Source: Cyanophora paradoxa CCMP329 (Eukaryota; Plantae; Glaucophyta). Taken from it: a stretch of 64,000 nucleotides of DNA. A program made the translations under genes and the position numbers. The stretch's first letter is position 1. Every line of letters starts with the position of its first letter. The stretch lies in NCBI GenBank assembly GCA_004431415.1, contig QPMI01000201.1, positions 1-64,000 on the forward strand, given 5' to 3'. The notes below the pieces were generated by a model. It was not told the origin of the DNA. It searched no databases and worked only from the letters and a program-made list of their open reading frames with translations. Below, in pieces: positions 22,976 to 33,744 of this stretch.

Positions 22976-23435
22976 ACGGAGCGCGGTCAGCCCAGGACCT
23001 GTTTACGGTGTTCGTTTGCCAGTCTTCTGTCCTGGGCCGTTTCTCGCACTCGCTGATTTGTATGACAGGCATGTCGGGCTTATGTCAGGCATACGTAGTT
23101 AAAAGATGATAGTTACCGTAGTAATGCAGCTGCTTCAGCGAGCGGCACCGATATCGGTGTGAGCGGCACCCACACGGGAAGGACCCCCTTCCCCTTTCCC
23201 CACTTGGGGGTGTTCGGGTGCCCACCCTAGGCAAAAATGAAATGTCCACACCTCCCAAAACCCAGGTTTTCTCGCCGGATCCTAGCAAGGCATGTCCCTA
23301 GGAGTCCGGAAACGTGGTCCGGGAGATCCGGGTCCCGTCGGGTCGACCAGGAATTCGAATGAGGAATAACACATTAAAAATATTTATGCAAAATGCAATC
23401 TAGAGCCTCACCAAGTTGCGGTATGTCAAGCGGAC

Positions 23436-23503
23436 TGATGTCATAACATGTCATAACTGCGTACGAGTATGATGTCATAACATGTCATAACTGCGTACGC
23501 GTA
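23436..23503. repeat. Two 34-bp tandem units containing ATGTCATAAC x4
   Basis: TGATGTCATAACATGTCATAACTGCGTACG(A/C)GTA starting at 23436 and 23470. Confidence 0.85.
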
Positions 23504-23769
23504 TGCCTTGCAGTGCACTTCGCTCGGCCCGACATCTTGTACCGGAACATGAATGAGTGCAGGAAGAGTGAGCGCCGATATCGATGGTTCTGACTGTCCC
23601 GCGCTCGCCGTCCGAAGATGCGACGCTCTTGCGCCGAAAGGTGCGCTCGCGCGCTGCCTGGCAATCTCGCGCCGGGCGCGCACAGAAGCCGACGCGTGTC
23701 GTCGAACAGCTTCTCTTGCGCAAAGTGCACAGCTAGATTCGATTTGTGCCGCGCTCCGCAGCAGACGGC

Positions 23770-24133
23770 GGGCGGCGGCGCGGCTCGCCGGGCGGGGCGG
23801 AGGCGCGGCGGGCGGCCGCGTGGCGCGGCGGGCGGGGTGGAGGCGCGGCGGGCGGCAGCGCGGCTCGCCGGGCGGGGCGGAGGCGCGGCGGGCGGCAGCG
23901 CGGCCTTCCTATCGGGGTGGAGGCGCGGCGGGCGGCCGCGCGGCTCGCCGGGCGGGGCGGAGGCGCGGCGGGCGGCCGCGCGGCTCGCCGGGCGGACGGA
24001 CGCGGGGCGGGCGGCCGCGCGGCTCCGGGAGGCACGGCGTGTGGCCGCGCGGCGCGCAGGGCAAAGTGTCCCATTCCCGCACAGCGGGTGGCCGGCCGCG
24101 TGGCGCGCAGGGCAAAGTGTCCCATTCCCGCAC
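23770..24133. repeat. GC-rich minisatellite plus a duplicated ~35-bp unit
   Basis: GCGGCTCGCCGGGCGG and GGAGGCGCGGCGGGCGGC recur about 5 times, followed by GGCGCGCAGGGCAAAGTGTCCCATTCCCGCAC twice. Confidence 0.8.
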
Positions 24134-24165
24134 GGCTTCTTGATTCAGGTCTACGCCTAGCTATA

Positions 24166-24293
24166 GCGAGCATTTCAAAGTTTGCTGCAGCCTGCAGATG
24201 CTGTCTTTGTTGAATTAGACCACATGGCCACCTTGCACGAGCACCTCGTCGGGCGGGGCGAGCATTTCAAAGTTTGCTGCAGCCTGCAGATGC
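24166..24293. repeat. 36-bp direct repeat
   Basis: GCGAGCATTTCAAAGTTTGCTGCAGCCTGCAGATGC at 24166 and 24258. Confidence 0.85.
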
Positions 24294-24786
24294 AGTCTTG
24301 CCACCTTTCACGAGCAGGGGGCGGGGGCGAGTCGAAGACCTAGAACTTAGTAACCTACCTGATTGACCTGCAAGTCCTCTTCTGGTCCCACGAGCTCGAT
24401 CGCGAGCCCGGCCGACCGTCCCGGCTGGCGACCTTTCCAGGGCCTGCTCATGATCAACCGTTAGAGGTCCTTAAAGCTTCCCCTCCAACAGGGGCAGTGC
24501 ATGCGCAACTGGAGTGTCCGTGTTCCGTTCATAGTTCATTCCCACAGTAAATTTACTACTAAGTTATACGGGCCAATAAAGCTTTTCAAGTTTTGAATGG
24601 GAATGGGATTGCGCACATAATATTCAAAGAAGTTCTGAGTCCATCCACTCTCGGGGCCTACGTATCTATCATAAGCTCCGGCCTGCCTAAATCATATGAA
24701 CGTAAGCTGCGTCGATTTAACTGATACACTAGCTAGCTACTCTGCTGCACTTCTCTATCCATACATTAATCCATAAACTATAGTTG

Positions 24787-27700
24787 TCAATAATAACGGG
24801 GGTCCTTGAAGGAGCCACTCGCTGCCGTTACAAGACGGCCATGCTCCGCACTTGAGGGCCACCAGGCGTGGGCCCCAAGGGCGGAGGTCCCATGCCCTGT
24901 GCGACGAGAGATCTCCTCCTGCCGGTCTTGTGTGTGAGCGGCCACAGGAGGGGCCGCGGGCAGGGCGTCTGACCTTTCTTCCGCGGCCTCGACCTGCTCG
25001 GTCTGCCACGTGGGGGACGAAAAGGCGAAGCCAGTCGCTGCACCGCCGCAGTCAGCGCCGCGGGGCGCGGGGGAGGAGCCGGGCGCACGGAAGGCCTGCT
25101 TGAGGGCGTTGGTGGAACGGGAGCGCCAGTACTTGACGGAGCGCACGGCCGTCACAGCGACGCCCCAGCGCGACCACGCCATAGCCGCCCGCATCGCCAC
25201 CCCCCCTCCGGCCCCGCCGCCCGCCACCGCCGCCGCCGGCGCGCGCCTCGGGAGGCGCTGCGCGCGAGGCAGAGCGCCCGAGGCCGGCACCGGAGGCCTC
25301 CATTGCGGCCTTGGCGGCGAGGAGCTCGGAGCTACGGCGCATGGTCGGGCCGGCGCTGCCGGCCTCCTCACCGCCCTCGCGCAGCGCGAGCCGCTGGAGC
25401 TCGCGGATGATCTCCAGGTACGTCGGGAAGTAGTTCGCGGTAATGCTGCGCGCACGCCCCGGACACGTCAGGCGCCGGCGCCGCAGAGCGAGGCAGATCA
25501 GAGCGCAGCAGAGGGGCACACTATTTGAAGCAGAAATCGGGAAGGTTGGCGACGACGGGGACGAGGAGGGCGCAGAGCCAGAAGGCTGCCGTCTTGAACA
25601 TTGCGTACGCGAGGAAGTAGAAGTCGGAGGAGATCTTGAGCATCGCCGAGTAGACGATGACGAAGAGGAACCAGAAGGCGACCGAGCCCCAGGTGAAGAG
25701 GTGGTTCAGCCACGTCCAGTGCCGCGTCTCCAGGCAGATCTTGTACGTCACCGTGAGCACCAGGCAGAAGTTGACGACAGTGCCCAGGTAGTAGAGGCCC
25801 CCGCCCGTGCCGTCCGGCAGCGGCGCGTCCTTGCCGACGGCCCCCACGCACATGAAGTAGACGACACAGGAGTGGGCGATGGCCTGGGCGAGCCAGACGG
25901 CCATGCGCTTGGCGTTAAAGTCCATGCCCCACTGGCCGGCGAGGTACAGCCGCGGGTTCTCCTCGCTGCTCGCCGCGCTGACGTCCTGGTCCAGGATCCC
26001 CACGAGGATGATGGGCGCCAGAGTGAAGCCGACGTTCCAGAAGGCCCCGAGCCACGACTCGAAGAGCGTCGTCCCCGACTTGCCGTTGTAGAAGCCGAAG
26101 TAGAAGAGCGTGAGGACGAACGAGATGTTCTTGTAGAAGCTGTACAGGATGACCTTGGAGACCCGCTTGTAGTTCCAGCGCCCGTGCACGAGGAGGAGCC
26201 GCTTGAGGAAGCGGAACTGGGCGATCGCGTAGTCCGCGGCACGCACCGCCTGCATGCCCTCCTTCCCCGAGATGCCGATCCCAATGTGGGCCTCCTGGAT
26301 CATGGTCACGTCGTTGGCGCCGTCGCCGATGGCGAGGGTCATGGGGGTCGGCTTGACGTTGTCCTTGACCATCTTGACGACCTGGGCCTTCTGCAGGGGC
26401 TCACGCGGCAGGCCACCACTGCCTTGCAGATTTTGCATATCGTCAGGAAGAGCTCCATGAGCTCCTTTTCCTCCATCACGAAGCGCAGCGCCTTGCCGTC
26501 CACGATCACCGCCAGGTTCTCGCTCTCGAACCCGATCAGCTCCTTGTACTGCTCCCGCTTCGAGAGCAGCGACTCCCGCACGTCCTTCTTCGTCTCCTCG
26601 CTGCGGGCGGGCGCGCGCCAGCGCCATCAGCGCAGCGGGGGAGCCGGCGGCGCGAAACGCACTTGATGACGATGAGAACCATCTTGTCGGTGAGGAGGCG
26701 GCAGGAGAAGCCGATGTTGATCGCCGTCTCCACCTTGTCGCCGGTGAGGACCCAGATCTTGATGCCGGCCGCTGCGAGCGTCGCGATCGCGTCCGGCACG
26801 CCCTCCTGCAACTTGTCCTCGATGGCGGTGGCCCCCACCAGGACGAGCTCCTTCTCGATGAGCTCGGCCGCCGCGTCGAGCTTGGCCTCGCGCCCATCGA
26901 GCGCCGTGGCGGCAGCGAGGAAGGTCCGGGACCACTCGTCGTACTCGGCCTGCGCGATCTCCCGCCGCCCGATCACGAGCGTCCGCAGGCCCTCCGTCGC
27001 GAAGTCGTTCAGATGCTCCAGCAGCGCCTCCTTGCCGGCGGCGGCGGCGTTCAGGCGTTCGAAGATGACGGTGTCGGCACCCTTGGTGTAGAGCACGATG
27101 CGGCCCTCCGGGGTGCGCACGATGACGGACATGCGCTTGCGGGCCGAATTAAACTCGCACGTCGCGAGCACCTCGTAGGTCTCCTCCCGCCCGAACACGG
27201 TGATGGTGACGGAGCGCGCCGTGCGGCCGCGGAAGCCGTAGCCGAGGCACTTGGCTGCTGTCACGAGGGCCCCCTCGTCGGGGCTCGACGCCTGGTACAC
27301 GATGTGTGCCGCGTCATGGCCCCGCTCCGGGATCACGGTGTGGCACACCGCCAGCGCACGCAGAAAGTCGTCGATTCTCTGCGCAAAGCGCCCCCGCTCG
27401 CCTCAGCGCCTTCCCGACGGCCCAAACCCCACGCCGGGGATGCGGCGGGGGCGCACAGCGGAGTTCTCGTGGCCCTCGCGGACGTGCCCGAGCAGCCGTG
27501 TGTCAGCGAAGTCGAACTGCGCGGCCACGCCGGCGTCAGAAGCTGCCTGGCCTCCACGGGGGGCGGGGGGCGGGGTGGGGCGTGCGCGCCTTGCCGGCGG
27601 GGTCCTGCTCGAAGACGGCGGCCCCCGCGGGGATGCGTTCGGCGCCCGGCACGGGGACCGTCGCGCGGCCCGGGAGAAGGCTGGAGCTGACAGGGGGCGG

Positions 27701-29602
27701 GCGGGCTGCTTGAGGAGGGGACCCTCGTCTTCGAGCTGCCCGTACGCGACGCCCCCAATCGAGCACTTCTTGAACTCCATCTCGTTGCGCGTAAGCGTCC
27801 CCGTCTTGTCCGAGAAGATGTAGCGGATCTGCCCGAGGTCCTCGTTGAGGTTCGACGTCCGCGCGCTCGCCGGCGTGTCGCTCTCGTCGTGATACATCGT
27901 CCCGTCGCTCTCCATGAGGCGCGCTTGGTAGATCTTCACCAGCTCCAGCGAGACGTACAGCGAGATCGGCACCAGGTTGTTGTACAGTATCAGGAACGTC
28001 ACCCAGCCCTGCAGGCCCCGCCCCCGCCCCGGCGTCGGCCGGGGTGCGGCGGAGGGGCAGGGGCGGGGAAGGGGCGGGGTTGCGCACGGCGGCCGACTCG
28101 CCGCCGGAGAGGCCGAAGAGGAAGGGGAGGTACCACGCGTTTCGGTTCGAGCCGGACCACGCCGCCCTGCGCGGCTCTCCTGTTCACGCCGGCCGAAGCC
28201 AAGGCGGGGGCGTCGGGCGGGGCGGGGGCGCGGCGCACCCGACGATGGTTGAGACAGTGCACATGAGGAGCAGCGTGACGAAGATGATGACGAGGAGCGC
28301 GTTCACCACCCGCTCGATGTTGCTCCGCTTGGACGGCGTCGCCCGCGCGTTCTGCATCAGCTTCGTCTCCTTCCCCGTGAAGACGACCAGGCCGTAGATC
28401 CAGGCCGTGTTCCGCAGCTGCGCGCCCCGCAGCGCAATCGACTTGACGTCGACGGGGATCTCATCGCGGGCCCCCTCGAGGGCCAACGTCCCCTCGAAGT
28501 TGTAGAGGCGGTTGTTCGGGAGCTCGTAGCGCAGGGAGCCCCGCAGCTTCGACGCCGTCGCCACTTCCGTGCACCTGCTCGTCGCGTCCAACGCCTGCCT
28601 GATTTTGAGGTTCGTCTCCCTGCGACCCGCAGCCGCGCTCAGAGGTCGCGGCGCCCCGCGCGCCCCGCCCCGCCCGCGGCAGCCGGCAGACCCGTCGAGG
28701 TTGGAGGTCTCGATGTAGCACATTCCCTGATCCTCGCTGGAGGAGACGATGATGAGGTCGGCGGGGAACTCGTCCCGGTTGGCGACGTGCACGATGTCCC
28801 CGACCTGCAGCTCCTTCCACCGCGCCTCCACGAATTGCCCGCCCCGCAGCACCTTCGCTTTGCTGTTGTTCACCGTGTGGTCCATCCGGTGCCGCTTCTG
28901 CGCGCCCCGCCCGCCCCGCTCGCTCGAGTCCCGCGCGGCCGGCGCGATGCGGCGCGGGCGGCCGGCGCACATAGTCCTCGAACGCCTCTTTCACCATCGT
29001 GGCTGCAAGGACCCCGCACAGCGGCAGCGCCGTGCTATACTTGTTCGTCGGCGACAGGTCTGTCGCAAGCTGCGCGGGGGAAAGGAGTGAGCGCCGCGGC
29101 AAGGAGTGGGCGGCGCTGCAGGCCTTCGTCTCGGCCGATAAAAAGAAACTAACCTGAAGAATGGAGATAATAAGGAAGTAGAAGTTCGCTATTCTCCGGA
29201 ACTGCCCAAAACAGAAACGTCAGCAGCGGGACCACAGGGCAAGAGCGAGAGAACGCGCGCCTGCTCGAACAAGTTTTTGGGCACAAAGTTCCATAGGGAG
29301 TACTTTGCAGTCTTCACGACGTTGGGCACGTACCTGCGTGGCGGCACCCGGCGAGCAAGGGTAGACGCGGTCAGTATTAGCTTCTCAGTGCGGCTCGTGC
29401 GCATGTATTGCGCACTTGAAGAGCTTGTTTTGCTCGAAGTCGTTCAGGTATGCTGTCCGGAACTGCCAAACTTGGTCAGGCGGACTGGTCCGGCCTCTAG
29501 GTGCGCGCCCCGGGGCGCATCAGACGCATACCTCTGCTTGCCCTGGTTTGCCAGCCTTAGCTTCTGCTCTTGCAGGGCCCGGCCGGCCTCCCCGCTCCGC
29601 AT
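24787..29602 (-). CDS. Phospholipid-transporting P4-type ATPase (flippase, ATP8A/Drs2/ALA3-like), full-length copy C
   Basis: [80 protein letters not shown] and C-terminal GFAFS. One missing G at ~26397 shifts the frame relative to copies A/B, probably a homopolymer error. Confidence 0.9.
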
Positions 29603-29873
29603 CCGTCCCTGGCCCAGCTGGGGCAATCCTCGGAGCACCGGGTGGGGCCATGCTGCTGGGACTGCTGCCGATCTCCCGCCGTCTATGCTAACTCATCAGA
29701 TCGGCCTGAGACGGAGACAGAGACTGTTATTTGTCTCTAGTGCCAACTTATGCTCGCTGCGCTGGTCTGGAGCTCGCTTATATGAATGCGCGGCGTTGGT
29801 GGCCGGAGTTAGTTCAAAGCCACGCCTCAAGTGTGCCGACGACGAAGTCTAAGCTTGGCCGGGAGTAGCGACA

Positions 29874-32800
29874 ATGAATCGTGTACTCCCCTGAACTCGC
29901 AAGTCGCAACTTCGATCAGATCGTCGCAAGCCTGAAGTCGGTCTCGCGTTCCGGCTCTGCTTTAGCACTATCGCGTCAACAGCAGTCCTGGCAGGAGAGC
30001 TTGCACCCTCTCTGACCGAGCGCGAAAACTGGCCCGCCGCGAGTAGCGAAGGGGCCGCGCCCCCGAATCTGACACTACCAATGCGCGCCCATTCTGCCCA
30101 GCGACGACGCCCCACTTCGGCCCGCCCGCCGTCAACGGCGGAGTATGGAGCGGCCGAGTTCAGCGGGTTCAGCAGCCGGCCCGCCTCTGCTCTGGACCAC
30201 GCCGGGCCGTCGTCGACGTCGCAGATCGCAAATACTGCGTACCGTGGAATCACGAGGGTGGGCCGCAAGATGCGAGGCGAGGTTGAATGGGCCCTTGCAT
30301 CCGACGAGGAATTGCTGCACGCGGAGGAGCTCCGAGCCCAGAACCGCATCCTCAGGGAGGCCATCGTCCGCGCTTACAGGTCCGCTGGCCGCGACACGCG
30401 CGTCGGCCGGCGACCCGACCGCGGGGGGGTCGCAGGCAGCTGGAGTCGACGCGGATTGCGCGGGAGGAGATCAGCCAGCGGGTCTCGCAGGCGCTGGACT
30501 TCGTGTACTCTGCGAGGAAGGAGCACGACCTGCTGCTCGCCCGCATCCGCGAGGCCGCCGACCCCGAGGGCGCCGCCGCCGCCGCGCGCGCCATGCAGCG
30601 GCTCGGCCGCGGCTTCGAGCGCGCCTGGGACGGGCTCGTTGCCGCCGAGAAGGAACTCCGGCCCGGGGCGGAGCGGCCGCGCTGGGCCCGCGAAGGGGCC
30701 GAGGAGGAGACGCGGGCGCGGGAGGAGGGGCTATGGGCGGAGCGCGAGGCCGCCCTCCGCGAGCTCGAGCGCGCCAGCGCCGCCCACGCCGCGCCCGCCG
30801 AAGAGCGCCCCGCCCGCTCCCCCGACCCCTCCTCGCCCCCGTCATTCTCTCCCGTCCCCGCCCCGCCCGGCCCGCCTCTCCCCTCCCCCGGTCCTGTCAG
30901 CCCCACGCGAGACTCCGAGATGCTCCAATACTCCCAGCCCGCTCCGCCCCTGGACCCCGAGGTGCCCCTCCGCCCCCGCCCCCCTCCCCGCCTCTCGCCC
31001 CCCCCCCCCTCCCCCCCCCTCCCCCCTCACATCGCTCTGCGAGGCCAGGCCGGGCTTTCGCGCGGGCCGCAGCGACCGCAGACGGCTCCGGCGCGGCGTG
31101 CGGCGGCGGCGGCGGCGGCGCATCAGCCTGCGCAGCTTGCGGCGACGGGACGGGAGGAGGCGGGGGCGGCGGTCGAGGCGCGGCAGGCAGAGCTGCACGC
31201 GCGCATCGAGCGCCTCTCCGCCGCCATCGACGCCCTCGCCGGTGCCGTCCCCGCCGGCCCCCCGCATGGAGCGACCCTGCGCCGCCCGCCCCGCCCCGGT
31301 CTGTCCCGCCCCGCCCCGCCCCGCCCCGCCCCGCCGCTCCACGGACGCCGAACTCGGAGCGCAGGGTCGCTTCTCGGGCGAGCATGGGACGCCCCTCACC
31401 GTCAGCCGCCTTCGCGACAGCGCCGCGGCGGCCGCCGCCTCCTCCACTCGAGGCCCGCCGGCGGCCTCGCCGCGGGTCCGGCCGGCCACTGCGGCGCACC
31501 GGCACCCGGGAGGGAGCCCTCCTCGCCCGCGCACCCCCAGCCGCCCACCTTCGTCCGGAGCGGGCCGCGCGCCAACCCCGGCCCCGTGCGCCGGCCCGCC
31601 TTGCGAGGCTGCCTGGGGCCGGCGCGCCTCACGATCGCGCAGGCGTGGGGCGAGGCGGGGCGGGAGAGGGAGCCGTCTCCAGGGGGCGCCGGGCTTCCCT
31701 CGGTGGAGCCGCCGCGCCTCTCGCCGAGGGCGGAGCGGGCCGGCCGGCGGCGGCGGCGGCGCGCTTCGCGGACATGCGGGGCTCCTTCGTGGTGCCCACG
31801 CTGGCGTGCGCCCCGAAGAGCCCGAGCCCAGCCACTATGTCGACGCCACCGTCCGCCCCCCCCCCCCCCCCCCCCCCCGCCCCGCCCCGCCCGCTCCCGC
31901 GCCCCGCCTCACGCCCCGCCTCACGCCCCGCAGCGCCCCGCCTCCACACCGCCCGATCACGAGCCCGAGGACTCATGGCGGGAGCCGGCGTCGGCCCTGC
32001 GCCCGCCCCCGCCCCCCGTCTTCGGCGCGCCCTCGCCAGCCCCGAACGTCACCGACCCGTCCTGGAAACCGCCGGCCGACGCCGCCGGAATGGGAGGGAA
32101 CAGCGAGAGGAGAGCGCCGTCGGTGCGCCTTGGTCTCGCAGCTGCGGGGTTGCCGCGGGGGCTGACCGCAGCGCAGGCCGCCTCCATCGAGGACCTCGTT
32201 GCTCAGCTCGCCGCCGTCGGGGGCCCCGCCCCCGCCCCCGCCCCCGTCACCGTCCCCCCGCCCCGCGCCCCTTCCCCGCCCCCTCCGCGCGCCCCGTCGC
32301 CCCTTCCTCCCCGCGTTCCGTCGCTTCCGCCAGCTCCGGCGCCACAATCGCAGCCGGCGCCCGCCTCCGCCTCCGCGCCGCCACCGCCACCCCAAGGTGC
32401 CGGACCGCCCGCCTCTCCGCCTCCAGAACCCGCCCCGCCCGCCCTCGGGCCCGAGCATGCAGCCCCCACGGCGCCTAGCGAGCCGCCGCCGCCGTCGCCG
32501 CTAGCTCCGGTATCGGCTCCTGCTCCGGCAGCACGACCTCCGCCCCCGGATGCTCCGCCGCAGGCGGCGACTGCCTCTGCTCCTCCTCGACCCCCCTCCC
32601 CTCCGCCGCCCGCGCCGGCTCCAGCGCCGGCGGGTGAGCCGCCTGCGGCGGCGGCGGCGGCGATGGAGCGGGGGGCGGCGGCGGCGGCGGGTCGGGAGCT
32701 GCTCGCCACGGTCGCTCCACCAGCGCAGCCGGCGCACGGGCAGCCGATGAGCACGGAGCTTGTGCTGCTCGCGGCCACCGCCGCCCTCGCCGCCCTCTCC

Positions 32801-33549
32801 GCGCCCCACGGCGAGGACCCCGCCCCCGCCCCGCCCGCCCCGAGCTGCCGGGCCCGCCACCGCCCCTGCCACCGCCACCCCTGCGGTGGCGCCGGCCGCC
32901 CCCGCGGCCCGACGCCGGCCGCCCCCCGGCCCCGACGCTTGCTGCCCCCCCGGCCCCGACGCTTGCCGCGGCCTCGGCGCCGGGACCTGCTGCGGTGGCG
33001 TCCTCGACCGAGGGGCCCCCCGACGAGGAGAGCAAGCCGCCGGCCGCCGAGATACCTCTGCAGGCCGCCGAGTCCCCTCCGGCTGAGGCGGCGCCGCTCG
33101 CCCCGCCGGCTGCCAGCGAGGCGCCGCAGGCCCAGGCCGTACCGGCGCTGGTCGTCGGCAAGGCGACAGCCGGCGCGGCTGCGGCGGCGGCGGAGGAGCT
33201 CAAGGAAGCGCCGACCTCGTTCGAGACGCGACTGGAGGCGGCGCTTCGGCAGCTCGCGGCAGCCCCGCTCGTGATTGTCCCCGTGAGGGAGGCCGCTGGG
33301 GGCGCCGCCCCGCCCTCCGCCGACCCTCTAGAGGACTCGTTCGACCTGGAGGAGGTGCCGGCGCCAGCGGATGTGGCCGGCGCCGCCGCGGCGGCGGCGG
33401 CGGCGGCACTGGCGCGCAGCCTCGCCGTCTCGGCGGAGCGGGAAGCGGGGCGGGAGGAGGAGCATAGCGGGGGCCTCGGGGCGGGCCCCAACGCCTCCTC
33501 CAGCGTCTCCCTCCTCGAGGTCCCTGTCACCCCGCGCCGCCGCCTCTGA
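29874..33549 (+). CDS. Hypothetical coiled-coil, Pro/Ala-rich protein, multi-exon
   Basis: Spliceable exons EELRAQNRILREAIVRAYR/QLESTRIAREEISQRVSQALDFVY..., long Pro-rich ORF, terminal ORF 32995-33549. Start could be 30081. Confidence 0.5.
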
Positions 33550-33744
33550 GTCGACACGAGGCCCCGGCAGCTCTTCCTTCCGCCGCCTCGTCGTTGCTCG
33601 CAAATACAGCTAAATAGGTTTACTGTTGCGCGACATTCATGCGGCGCGGCCTCGGGAAGGCCGGAAGATAAGAATGCAGCTACGAATACCTAGGGAGGGG
33701 GCTGCCCGTGGAAGGGGCAGCTCGGCCTGGGTCGCCGGCGCCGG

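Noticed and set aside
23436-24133. CRISPR-like array
   Set aside because: No unique spacers of regular length, no cas genes, eukaryotic context.
24464-24477. AGGTCCTTAAAG, the reverse complement of CTTTAAGGACCT at ~41804, as a possible TTAA-target transposon end
   Set aside because: Only 12 bp, the two sites face outward rather than enclosing an element, and no partner termini were found.
26390-26402. Frameshift in full-length flippase as evidence of pseudogenisation
   Set aside because: Single G missing in a homopolymer that is intact in copies A and B; a sequencing error is more likely, though unverified.
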